Source: Eledone cirrhosa
Taxonomy: Eukaryota
DNA: 64,000 bases
Reading direction: 5' to 3'
Assembly: GCA_964016885.1 (NCBI GenBank)
Contig: OZ024740.1
Location: 34,286,001 to 34,350,000 of the forward strand
In this document: piece after piece, positions 41,700-54,619 of the stretch
Numbering within the stretch: the first letter of the stretch is position 1
Layout: the number at the start of each line of letters is the position of its first letter
Program-made: the position numbers and the translations under genes
Notes under the pieces: model-generated
What the model was told of the DNA's origin: nothing
Seen by the model: only the letters and a program-made list of their open reading frames with translations
Databases searched by the model: none

Positions 41700-44600
41700 A
41701 CAACCTCAAGAAACTTCATTTTTGTGAAGTGTAGCTCCCCCCAACTCCTATAACTTCAAGAAACTTCATTTTTCTCAAGTGTAGCCTCCAACTCCTAGAA
41801 CCTCAAGAAACTTCACTTTTGTCAAGTGTAGCCCTCCAACTCCTAGAACATCAAGAAACTTCATTTTTTTCAAGTGTAGCTCCCAACTCCTAGACCCTCA
41901 AGAAACTTCATTTTTGTCAAGTGTAGCCCCCCACTCCTAGAATCTCAAGAATCTTCATTTTTGTCAAGTGTAGCCCACCGAATCCTATAACCTCAAGAAA
42001 CTTCATTTTTGTCAAGTGTAGCCCCGACTCCTAGAACCTCACGGACACTTCATTTTTTTCAAGTGTAGCTCCCAAATCCTAGAACCTCAAGAAACTTCAT
42101 TTTTGTCAAGTGTAGCCCCAACTCCTAGACCCTCAAGAAACTTCATTTTTGTCAAGTGTAGCCCCCCACTCCTAGAATCTCAAGAATCTTCATTTTTGTC
42201 AAGTGTAGCCCACCGAATCCTATAACCTCAAGAAACTTCATTTCTGTGAAGTGTAGCTCGCAAATCCTAGAACCTCAAGAATCTCCATTTTTGTCAAGTG
42301 TAGCCCCCCAACTCCTAGAACATCAAGAAACTTCATTTTTCTCAAGTGTAGCCCCCAACTCCTAGAACCTCAAGAAACTTCACTTTTGTCAAGTGTAGCT
42401 CCCAAATCCTAGAACCTAAAGAAACTTCATTTTTGTCAAGTGTAGCTCCCGACTCCTAGAACCTCAAGAAACTTCATTTTTGTCAAGTGTAGCTCCCAAC
42501 TCCTAGAACCCCAATATAGTTCATTTTTGTATAGTGTAGCAACACCCCCCGACTCCTAGAACCTCAAGAAACTTCATTTTTGTCAAGTGTAACCCCAATT
42601 CCTAGAACCTCAAGAAACTTCATTTTTGTCAAGTGTAGCACCCAACCCCTAGAACCTCAAGAAACTTCATTTTTGTCAAGTGTGGCCTCCTCGGCTCCTA
42701 GAACCTCAAGAAACATCATTTTTGTCAAGTGTAGCCCTCCAACTCCTATAACCTCAAGAAACTTCATTTTTCTCAAGTGTAGCCCCCCAACTCCTAGAAC
42801 CTCAAGAAACTTCACTTTTGTCAAGTGTAGCCCCCAACTCCTAGAACCTAAAGAAACTTCATTTTTGTCAAGTGTAGCTCCCCGACTCCTAGAACCTCAA
42901 GAAACTTCATTTTTGTCAAGTGTAGCCCCCCATCTCCTAGAACCTCAAGAAACTTTATTTTTGTCAAGTGTAGCCGCCAACTCCTAGAACATCGAGAAAC
43001 TTCATTTTTGTCAAGTGAAGCCCGCAACTCCTAGAACCTCAAGAAACTTCACTTTTGTCAAGTGTAGCCCCCACCCCTACAACCTGAAGAAACTTCATTT
43101 TTGTCAAGTTTAGCTCCCAAATCCTAGAAACTGAAGAAACTTCATTTTTATCAAGTGTAGCCCAAACTCCTAGAACCTCAAGAAATTTCATTTTTGTCAA
43201 GTGCAGCCCCCCGACTCCTAGAACCTCAAGAAACTTCATTTTTGTCAAGTGCAGCCCCCCGACTCCTAGAACCTCAAGAAACTTCATTTTTGTCAAGTGT
43301 AGCTCCCCGACTCCTACAACCTAAAGAAACTTCATTTTTGTCAAGTGTAGCCTCCTCGGCTCCTAGAACCTCAAGAAGCTTCATTTTTGTCAAGTGTAGC
43401 CCCCAACTCCGAGAACCCCAAGAAAATTCATTTTTGTCAAGTGTAGCCCCCAACTCCTAGAACCTCAAGAAACATCATTTTTGTCATGTGTAGCCCTCCA
43501 ACTCCTATAACCTCAAGAAACTTCATTTTTTTCAAGTGTAGCCCCCAACTCTTAGAAACTGAAGAAACTTTATTTTTGTCAAGTATAGCCCCCCACCCCT
43601 ACAAGCTCAAGAAACTTCATTTTTGTGAAGTGTAGCTCCCCCCAACTCCTAGAACCTCAAGAAACTTCATTTTTGTCAAGTGTAGCCCCGACTCCTAGAA
43701 CCTCACGGACACTTCATTTTTTTCAAGTGTAGCTCCCAAATCCGAGAACCTCAAGAAACTTCATTTTTGTCAAGTGTAGCCCCGACTCCTAGAATCTCAA
43801 GAATCTTCATTTTTGTCAAGTGTAGCCCACCGAATCCTATAACCTCAAGAAACTTCATTTTTGTCAAGTGTAGCCCCCGACTCCTAGAATCTCAAGAATC
43901 TTCATTTTTGTCAAGTGTAGCCCACCGAATCCTATAACCTCAAGAAACTTCATTTCTGTCAAGTGTAGCTCGCAAATCCTAGAACCTCAAGAATCTCCAT
44001 TTTTGTCAAGTGTAGCCCCCCAACTCCTAGAACATCAAGAAACTTCATTTTTCTCAAGTGTAGCCCCCAACTCCTAGAAGCTCAAGAAACTTCACTTTTG
44101 TCAAGTGTAGCTCCCAAATCCTGGAACCTAAAGAAACTTCATTTTTGTCAAGTGTACCTCCCAACTCCTAGAACCCCAATATAGTTCATTTTTGTATAGT
44201 GTAGCAACACCCCCCGACTCCTAGAACCTCAAGAAACTTCATTTTTGTCAAGTGTAACCCCAATTGCTAGAACCTCAAGAAACTTCATTTTTGTCAAGTG
44301 TAGCACCCAACCCCTAGAACCTCAAGAAACTTCATTTTTGTCAAGTGTGGCCTCCTCGGCTCCTAGAACCTCAAGAAACATCATTTTTGTCAAGTGTAGC
44401 CCTCCAACTCCTATAACCTCAAGAAACTTCATTTTTCTCAAGTGTAGCCCCCCAACTCCTAGAACATCAAGAAACTTCATTTTTGTCAAGTGTAGCCCCC
44501 AACTCCTAGAACCTCAAGAAACTTCACTTTTGTCAAGTGTAGCCCCCAACTCCTAGAACCTAAAGAAACTTCATTTTTGTCAAGTGTAGCTCCCCGACTC

Positions 44601-44920
44601 CTAGAACCTCAAGAAACTTCACTTTTGTCAAGTGTAGCCCCCAACTCCTAGAACCTCAAGAAACTTCATTTTTGTCAAGTGTAGCTCCCAACTCCTAGAA
44701 CCTCAAGAAACTTTATTTTTGTCAAGTGTAGCCTCCCATCTCCTAGAACCTGAAGAAACTTTATTTTTGTCAAGTGTAGTCCCCAACTCCTAGAACATCG
44801 AGAAACTTCATTTTTGTCAAGTGAAGCCCACAACTCCTAGAACCTCAAGAAACTTCACTTTTGTCAAGTGTAGCCCCCACCCCTACAACCTGAAGAAACT
44901 TCATTTTTGTCAAGTGTAGC
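41700..44920 (+). repeat. Diverged duplication, ~1665-bp (~35-monomer) offset
   Basis: CCCCAATATAGTTC occurs at ~42509/~44174 and ORFs 42580/44245 are offset by 1665. CCGAATCCTATAACC, GCTCGCAAATCC and GAATCTCCAT are shared. Confidence 0.78.
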
Positions 44921-47900
44921 CCCAATTCCTAGAACCTCAAGAAACTTCATTTTTGTCAAGTGTAGCACCCAACCCCTAGAACCTCAAGAAGCTTCATTTT
45001 TGTCAGGTGTAGCCCCCAACTCCTATAACCTCAAGAAACTTCATTTCTGTCAAGTGTAGCTCGCAAATCCTAGAACCTCAAGAAACTTCATTTTTGTCAA
45101 GTGTAGCCCCCAACTCCTAGAACCTCAAGAAACTTCATTTTTCTCCAGTGTAGCCCCCAACTCCTAGAACCTCAAGAAACTTCACTTTTGTCAAGTGTAG
45201 CTCCCAAATCCTAGAACCTAAAGAAACTTCATTTTTGTCAAGTGTAGCTCCCCGACTCCTAGAACCTCAAGAAACTTCATTTTTGTCAAGTGTAGCTCCC
45301 AACTCCTAGAACCCCAAGAAAGATCATTTTTGTATAGTGTAGCAACACCCCCCGACTCCTAGAACCTCAAGAAACTTCATTTTTGTCAAGTGTAACCCCA
45401 ATTCCTAGAACCTCAACAAACTTCATTTTTGTCAAGTGTAGCACCCAACCCCTAGAACCGCAAGAAACTTCATTTTTGTCAAGTGTAGCCTCCTCGGCTC
45501 CTAGAACCTCAAGAAGCTTCATTTTTGTCTAGTGTAGCCCCCAACTCCTAGAACCTCAAGAAACATCATTTTTGTCAAGTGTAGCCCTCCAACTCCTAGA
45601 ACCTCAAGAAACTTCATTTTTCTCAAGTGTAGCCCCCAACTCCTAGAACCTCAAGAAACTTCATTTTTCTCAAGTGTAGCCCTCAACTCCTAGAACCAGA
45701 AGAAACTTCATTTTTGTCAAGTTTAGCTCCCAAATACTAGAAACTCAAGAAACTTCATATTTATCAAGTGTAGCCCCAAACTCCTAGAACCACAAGAAAC
45801 TTCATTTTTGTCAAGTGCAGCCCCCCGACTCCTAGAACCTCAAGAAACTTCATTTTTGTCAAGTGTTGCCACCAAATCCTAGAACCTCAAGAAAGTTTAT
45901 TTTTGTCAAGTGTAGCCACACCCCCGACTCCTAGAACCTCAAGAAGCTTCATTTTTGTCAAGTGTAGCCCCCAACTCCTAGAACCTCAAGAAACTTCACT
46001 TTTGTCAAGTGTAGCACCCAACCACTAGAACCGCAAGAAACTTCATTTTTGTCAAGTGTAGCCTCCTCGGCTCCTAGAACCTCAAGAAGCTTCATTTTTG
46101 TCAAGTGTAGCCCCCAACTCCGAGAACCCCAAGAAAATTCATTTTTGTCAAGTGTAGCCCCCAACTCCTAGAACCTCAAGAAACATCATTTTTGTCAAGT
46201 GTAGCCCTCCAACTCCTAGAACCTCAAGAAAGTTCATTTTTGTCAAGTGTAGCCCCCAACTCCTAGAACCTCAAGAAACATCATTTTTTTCAAGTGTAGC
46301 CCTCCAACTCCTAGAACCACAAGAAACTTCATTTTTCTCAAGTGTAGCCCCCAACTCCTAGAACCTCAAGAAACTTCACTTTTGTCAAGTGTAGCTCCCA
46401 ACTCCTAGAACCTAAAGAAACTTCATTTTTGTCAAGTGTAGCTCCCCGACTCCTAGAACCTCAAGAAACTTCATTTTAGTCAAGTGTAGCCCCCAACTCC
46501 TACAACCTCAAGAAACTTTATTTTTGTCAAGTGTAGCCCCCATCTCCTAGAACCTCAAGAAACTTCATTTTTGTCAAGTGTAGCTCCCCCACCCCTACAA
46601 CCTCAAGAAACTTCATTTCTGTTAAGTGTAGCTCGCAAATCCTAGAACCTCAAGAAACTTCATTTTTTTCAAGTGTAGCCCCCAAATCCTAGAACCTCAA
46701 GAAACTTCATTTTTGTCAAGTCTAGCCCCCGACTCCTAGAACCTCAAGTATCTTCATTTTTGTCAAGTGTAGCCCACCGACTCCTAGAATCTCAAGAAAC
46801 TTCATTTTTGTCAAGTGTAGCCACCAACGCCTAGAACCCCAAGAAAGTTCATTTTTGTCAAGTGTAGCAACACCCCCGACTCCTAGAACCTCAACAAACT
46901 TCATTTTTGTCAAGTGTAGCCCCAATTCCTAGAACCTCAAGAAACTTCATTTTTGTCAAGTGTAGCACCAAACCCCTAGAACCTCAAGAAACTTCATTTT
47001 TGTCAAGTGTAGCCCCCACCCCTACAACCTGAAGAAACTTCATTTTTGTCAAGTGTAGCACCCAACACCTAGAACCTCAAGAAACTTCATTTTTGTCAAG
47101 TGTAGCCCCCACCCCTACAACCTCAATAAACTTCATTTTTGTCAAGTGTAGCCCCCAAATCCTAGAACCCCAAGAAAGTTTATTTTTGTCAAGTGTAGCC
47201 ACATCCTCCGTCTCCTAGAACCTCAAGAAACTTCATTTTTGTCAAGTGTAGCACCCAACTCCTAGAACCTCAAGAAACTTCATTTTTGTCAAGTGTAGCA
47301 CCCAACACCTAGAACCTCAAGAAACTTCATTTTTGTCAAGTGTAGCCCCCACCCCTACAACCTGAAGAAACTTAATTTTTATCAAGTGTAGCCCCCAAAT
47401 CCTAGAACCCCAAGAAAGTTTATTTTTGTCAAGTGTAGCCACACCCTCCGTCTCCTAGAACCTCAAGAAACTTCATTTTTGTCAAGTGTAGCACCCAACA
47501 CCTAGAACCTCAAGAAACTTCATTTTTGTCAAGTGTAGCCCCCAAATCCTAGAACCCCAAGAAAGTTTATTTTTGTCAAGTGTAGCCACACCCTCCGTCT
47601 CCTAGAACCCCAAGAAACTTCATTTTTGTCAAGTGTAGCACCCAACACCTAGAACCTCAAGAAACTTCATTTTTGTCAAGTGTAGCCTCCTCGGCTCCTA
47701 GAACCTCAAGAAGCTTCATTTTTCTCAAGTGTAGCCCCCAACTCCTAGAACCTCAAGAAACATCATTTTTGTCAAGTGTAGCCCTCCAACTCCTATAACC
47801 TCAAGAAACTTCATTTTTCTCAAGTGTAGCCCCCAACTCCTAGAACCTCAAGAAACTTTATTTTTGTGAAGTGTAGCCCCCTCAACTCCTAGAACCTCAA

Positions 47901-49070
47901 GAAACTTTATTGTTGTCAAGTGTAGCCCCCCCAACTCCTAGAACCTCAAGAAACTTCATTTTTGTCAAGTGTAGCCCCCAAATCCTAGAACCTCAAAAAA
48001 CTTCATTTTTGTCAAGTGTAGCACCCAACCCCTAGAACCTCAAGAAGCTTCATTTTTGTCAAGTGTAGCCCCCCAACTTCTAGAACCTCAAGAAGCATCA
48101 TTTTTGTCAGGTGTAGCCCTCCAACTCCTATAACCTCAAGAAACTTCATTTCTGTCAACTGTAGCTCGCAAATCCTAGAACGTCAAGAAACTTCATTCTT
48201 GTCAAGTGTAGCCCCCGACTCCTAGAACCTCAAGAATCTTCATTTTTGTCAAGTGTAGCCCCCCAACTCCTAGAACATCAAGAAACTTCATTTTTCTCAA
48301 GTGTAGCCCCCAACTCCTAGAACCTCAAGAAACTTCACTTTTGTCAAGTGTAGCTCCCAACTCCTAGAACCTAAAGAAACTTCATTTTTGTCAAGTGTAG
48401 CTCCCCGACTCCTAGAACCTCAAGAAACTTCATTTTAATCAAGTGTAGCCCCCAACTCCTACAACCTCAAGAAACTTTATTTTTGTCAAGTGTAGCCCCC
48501 ATATCCTAGAACGTCAAGAAACTTTATTTTTCTCAAGTGTACCCCCCCAACTCATAGAACCTCAAGAAACTTCATTTTTGTCAAGTGTAGACCACCATCT
48601 CCTAGAACCTCAAGAAACTTCATTTTTGTCAAGTGTAGCTCCCCCACCCCTACAATCTCAAGAAACTTCATTTCTTTTAAGTGTAGCTCGCAAATCCTAG
48701 AACCTCAAGACACTTCATTTTTGTCAAGTGTAGCCCCCAAATCCTAGAAACTCAAGAAACTTCATTTTTGTCAAGTGTAGCCCCGACTCCCAGAACCTCA
48801 AGAATCTTCATTTTTGTCAAGTGTAGCCCACCGACTCTTAGAATCTCAAGAAACTTCATTTTTGTCAAGTGTAGCCACCAACGCCTAGAACCCCAAGAAA
48901 GTTCATTTTTGTCAAGTGTAGCAACACACCCCGACTCCTAGAACCTCAAAAAACTTCATTTTTGTCAAGTGTAGCCCCAATTCCTAGAACCTCAAGAAAC
49001 TTCATTTTTGTCAAGCGTAGCACCCAAACCCCTAGAACCTCAAGAAACTTCATTTTTGTCAAGTGTAGCC

Positions 49071-49345
49071 CCCAAATCCTAGAACCCCAAGAAAGTCTAT
49101 TTTTGTCAAGTGTAGCCACACCCTCCGTCTCCTAGAACCTCAAGAAACTTCATTTTTGTCAAGTGTAGCCTCCAAATCCTAGAACCCCAAGAAAGTTTAT
49201 TTTTGTCAAGTGTAGCCACACCCTCCGTCTCCTAGAACCTCAAGAAACTTCATTTTTGTCAAGTGTAGCCTCCAAATCCTAGAACCCCAAGAAAGTTTAT
49301 TTTTGTCAAGTGTAGCCACACCCTCCGTCTCCTAGAACCTCAAGA
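49071..49345 (+). repeat. Dimeric HOR with exact 100-bp period (47+53), ~3 copies
   Basis: CCCTCCGTCT occurs at 49121, 49221 and 49321. Related dimers lie at ~47150-47610. Confidence 0.9.
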
Positions 49346-52300
49346 AGCTTCATTTTTGTCAAGTGTAGCCCCCAACTTCTAGAACCCCAAGAAAATTCAT
49401 TTTTGTCAAGTGTAGCTTCCTCGGCTCCTAGAAACTCAAGAAGCTTCATTTTTCTTAAGTGTAGCCCCCCATTTCCTAGAACCTCAAGAAACTTCATATT
49501 TGCCAAGTCTAGCCCCCAACACCTACAACCTCAAGAAACTTCATTTTTGTCAAGTGTAGCCCCGACTCCTAGAACCTCAAGAAACTTCATTTTTGTCAAG
49601 TGTAGCCCCAACTCCAAGAACCTCAAGAAACTTCATTTTTGTCAAGTGTAGCCCCAACTCCTAGAACCTCAAGAAACTTCATTTGTGTCAAGTGTAGCCT
49701 CCTCGGCTTTTAGAACCTCAAGAAGCTTCATTTTTGTCAAGTGTAGCCCCCCATCTCCTAGAACCTCAAGAAACATCATTTTTGTCAGGTGTAGCCCTCC
49801 AACTCCTAGAACCCCAAGAAAATTCATTTTTGTCAAGTGTAGCCCCCCAACTCCTAGAATCGCAAGAAAATTCATTTTTGTCAAGTGTAGCCCCCAACTC
49901 CTAGAACAACAAGAAAATTCATTTTTGTCAAGTGTAGCCCCCGACTCCTAGAACCTCAAGAAACTTTATTTTTGTCAAGTGTAGCACCCAACCCATAGAA
50001 CCTCAAGAAACTTCATTTTTCTCAAGTGTAGCCCCCAACTCCTAGAACCTCAAGAAACTTCATTTTTGTCAGGTGTAGCCCCCAACTCCTAGAACCTCAA
50101 GAAACTTCATTTTTGTCAGGTGTAGCCCCCCCATCTCCTAGAACCTCAAGAAACTTCATTTTTGTCAAGTGTAGCCCCCAACTCCTAGAACCTCAAGAAA
50201 CTTCATTTTTGTCAAGTGTAGCCCTCCAACTCCTAGAACCTCAAGAAACTTCATTTTTGTCAAGTGTAGCCTCCTCGGCTCCTAGAACCTCAAGAAGCTT
50301 CATTTTTGCTAAGTGTAGCCCCAACTCCTAGAACCTCAAGAAACTTCATTTTTGTCAAGTGTAGCACCCAACCCCTAGAACCTCAAGAAACTTCATTTTT
50401 GTCAAGTGTAGCACCCAACCCCTAGAACCTCAAGAAACTTTATTTTTGTCAAGTGTAGCCCCCAACTCCTAGAACCTCAAGAAACTTCATTTTTGTCAAG
50501 TGTAGCCCCCAACTCCTAGAACCTCAAGAAACTTCATTTTTGTCAGGTGTAGCCCCCAACTCCTAGAACCTGAAGAAACTTCATTTTTGTCAAGTGTAGC
50601 CCTCCAACTCCTAGAACCTCAAGTAACTTCATTTTTGTCAAGTGTAGCACCCAACCCCTAGAACCTCAAGAAACTTTATTTTTGTCAAGTGTAGCCTCCT
50701 CGGCTCCTAGAACCTCAAGAAGCTTCATTTTTGTCAAGTGTAGCACCCAACCCCTAGAACCTCAAGAAACTTCATTTTTGTCAAGTGTTCCCCCCCCCGA
50801 CTCCTAGAACCTCAAGAAACTTCATTTTTGTCAAGTGTAGCCCCCAACTCCTAGAACCTCAAGAAACTTCACTTTTGTCAAGTGTAGCCCCCACCCCTAC
50901 AACCTGAAGAAACTTCATTTTTGTCAAGTGTATTCCCCAACTCCTAGAACCTCAAGAAACTTCACTTTTGTCAAGTGTAGCCCCACGCCTACAACCTGAA
51001 GAACTTCATTTTTGTCAAGTGTAGCCCCCAACTCCTAGAACCTCAAGAAACTTCACTTTTGTCAAGTGTAGCCCCACGCCTACAACCTGAAGAACTTCAT
51101 TTTTGTCAAGTGTAGCACCCAACCCATAGAACCTCAAGAAACCTCATTTTTGTCAAGTGCAGCCCCCGACTCCTATAACCTCAAGAAACTTCATTTTTCT
51201 CAAGTGTAGCCCCCAACTCCTAGAACCTCAAGAAACTTTATTTTTGTCAGGTGTAGCCCCCAACTCCTAGAACCTCAAGAAACTTTATTTTTGTCAAGTG
51301 TAGCCCCCCAACTCCTAGAACCTCAAGAAACTTCATTTTTGTCAGGTGTAGCCCCCAACTCCTAGAACCTCAAGAAACTTTATTTTTGTCAGGTGTAGCC
51401 CCCAACTCCTAGAACCTCAAGAAACTTTATTTTTGTGAAGTGTAGCCCCCAACTCCTAGAACCTCAAGAAACTTCATTTTTGTCAGGTGTAGCCCCCAAC
51501 TCCTAGAACCTCAAGAAACTTCATTTTTGTCAAGTGTAGCCACAAAATCCTAGAACCCCAAGAAAGTTTATTTTTGTCAAGTGTAGCCACACCCCCCGAC
51601 TCCTAGAACCTCAAGAAACTTCATTTTTGTCAAGTGTAGCCCCCAACTCCTAGAACCTCAAGAAACATCATTTTTGTCAAGTGTAGCCCTCCAACTCCTA
51701 GAACCTCAAGAAACATCATTTTTGTCAAGTGTAGCCCTCCAACTCCTAGAACCTCAAGAAACTTCATTTTTCTCAAGTGTAGCCCCCAACTCCTAGAACC
51801 TCAAGAAACTTCATTTTTCTCAAGTGTAGCCCTCAACTCCTAGAACCTCAAGAAACTTTATTTTTGTGAAGTGTAGCCCCCCCCCCAACTCCTAGAACCT
51901 CAAGAAACTTCATTTTTGTCAAGTGTAGCACCCAACTCCTAGAACCTCAAGAAACTTCACTTTTGTCAAGTGTAGCCCCCCACCCCTACAACCTCAAGAA
52001 ACTTCATTTTTGTCAAGTGTAGACCCCCGACTCGTAGAACCCCAAGAAACTTCATTTTTGTCAAGTGTAGCCCACAAATCCTAGAACCACAAGAAAGTTT
52101 ATTTTTGTCAAGTGTAGCCACCCCCCCCGACTCCTAGAACCTCAAGAAACTTCATTTGTGTCAAGTGTAGCCTCCTCGGCTCCTAGAACCTCAAGAAGCT
52201 TCATTATTGTCAAGTGTAGCCCCCCAACTCCTAGAACCTCAAGAAACATCATTTTTGTCAGGTGTAGCCCTCCAACTCCTAGAACCTCAAGAAAATTCAT

Positions 52301-54619
52301 TTTTGTCAAGTGTAGCCCCCCCCACTCCTAGAACCTCAAGAAACTTTATTTTTCTCAAGTGTAGCCCCCAACTCCTAGAATCTCAAGAAAATTCATTTTT
52401 GTCAGGTGTAACCCCCAACTCCTAGAACCTCAAGAAACTTTATTTTTGTTAAGTGTAGCCCCCCCAACTCCTAGAACCTCAAGAAACTTCACTTTTGTCA
52501 GGTGTAGCCCCCAACTCCTAGAACCTCAAGAAACTTTATTTTTGTCAAGTGTAACCCCCAACTCCTAGAACCTCAAGAAACTTCATTTTTGTCAGGTGTA
52601 GCCCCCAACTCCTAGAACCTGAAGAAACTTCATTTTTGTCAAGTGTAGCCCTCCAACTCCTAGAACCTCAAGAAACTTTATTTTTGTAAAGTGTAGCCCC
52701 CCAACTCCTAGAACCTCAAGAAACTTCATTTTTGTCAGGTGTAGCCCCCAACTCCTAGAACCTGAAGAAACTTCATTTTTGTCAAGTGTAGCCCTCCAAC
52801 TCCTAGAACCTCAAGAAACTTTATTTTTGTCAAGTGTAGCCCCCCAACTCCTAGAACTTCAAGAAACTTCATTTTTGTCAAGTGTAGCCCTCCAACTCCT
52901 AGAACCTCAAGAAACTTTATTTTTATGAAGTGTAGCCCCCCCATCTCCTAGAACCTCAAGAAACTTCATTTTTGTCAAGTGTAGCCTCCTCGGCTCCTAG
53001 AACCTCAAGAAGCTTCATTTTTGTTAAGTGTAGCCCCAACTCCTAGAACCTCAAGAAACTTCATCTTTGTCAAATGTAGCCCCCAACTCCTAGAACCCCA
53101 AGAAAGTTCATTTTTGTCAAGTGTAGCAACACCCACCGACTCCTAGAACATCAAGAAACTTCATTTTTGTCAAGTGTAGCCCCAATCCCTAGAACCTCAA
53201 GAAACTTCATTTTTGTCAAGTGTAGCACCCAACCCCTAGAACCTCAAGAAACTTCATTTGTGTCAAGTGTAGCCTCCTCGGCTCCTAGAACCTCAAGAAG
53301 CTTCATTTTTGTCAAGTGTAGCCCCCCAACTCCTAGAACCCCAAGAAAATTCATTTTTGTCAAGTGTAGCCCCCTAACTCCTAGAACGCCAAGAAAATTC
53401 ATTTTTGTCAAGTGTAGCCCCCAACTCCTAGAACCACAAGAAAGTTCATTTTTGTCAAGTGTAGCCTCCCGACTCCTAGAACATCAAGAAATTTCATTTT
53501 TGTCAAGTGTAGCCTCCTCGGCTTCTAGAACCTCAAGAAACTTCATTTTTGCAAAGTGTAGTCCCCCCCCCGACTCCTAGAACCTCAAGAAACTTAATTT
53601 TTGTCAAGTGTAGCCCCCGACTCCTAGAACCTCAAGAAACTTCACTTTTGTCAAGTGTAGCCCCCCAACTCCTAGAACCTCAAGAAACATCATTTTTGTC
53701 AGGTGTAGCCCCCAACTCCTAGAACCTCAAGAAACTTCATTTTTGTCAAGTGTAGCCCCAAACTCCTAGAACCTCAAGAAACTTCATTTTATTCAAGTGT
53801 AGCTCCCCGACTCCTAGAACCTCAAGAAACTTCATTTTTGTCAAGTGTAGCCCCCCGACTCCTAGAACCTCAAGAAACTTCATTTTTGTCAAGTGTAGCC
53901 CCAACTCCTAGAACATCAAGAAAATTCATTTTTGTCAAGTGTAGCCCCCAACTCCTAGAACCTCAAGAAACATTATTTTTGTCAAGTGTAGCCCTCCAAC
54001 TCCTAGAACCTCAAGAAACATTATTTTTGTCAAGTGTAGCTCCCCGACTCCTAGAACCTCAAGAAACTTCATTTTTGTCAAGTGTAGCCCCCCGACTCCT
54101 AGAACCTCAAGAAACTTCATTTTTCTCAAGTGTAGCCCTCAACTCCTAGAACCTCAAGAAACTTTATTTTTGTGAAGTGTAGCCCCCCCCCCAACTCCTA
54201 GAACCTCAAGAAACTTCATTTTTGTCAAGTGTAGCACCCAACTCCTAGAACCTCAAGAAACTTCACTTTTGTCAAGTGTAGCCCCCCACCCCTACAACCT
54301 CAAGAAACTTCTTTTTTGTCAAGTGTAGCCCCAACTCCTAGAAACTCAAGAAACATCATTTTTGTCAAGTGTAGCCCCCAACTCCTAGAACCACAAGAAA
54401 GTTCATTTTTGTCAAGTGTAGCCCCCCGACTCCTAGAACCTCAAGAAACTTTATTTTTTTCAAGTGTAGCCCCAACTCCTAGAACCTCAAGAAGCTTCAT
54501 TTTTTTCAAGTGTAGCACCCAACCCATAGAACCTCAAGAAACTTCATTTTTGTCGAGTGTAGCCCCCCCATCTCTTAGAACTTCAAGAAACTTCATTTTT
54601 GCCAAGTGTAGCCCCCAAC

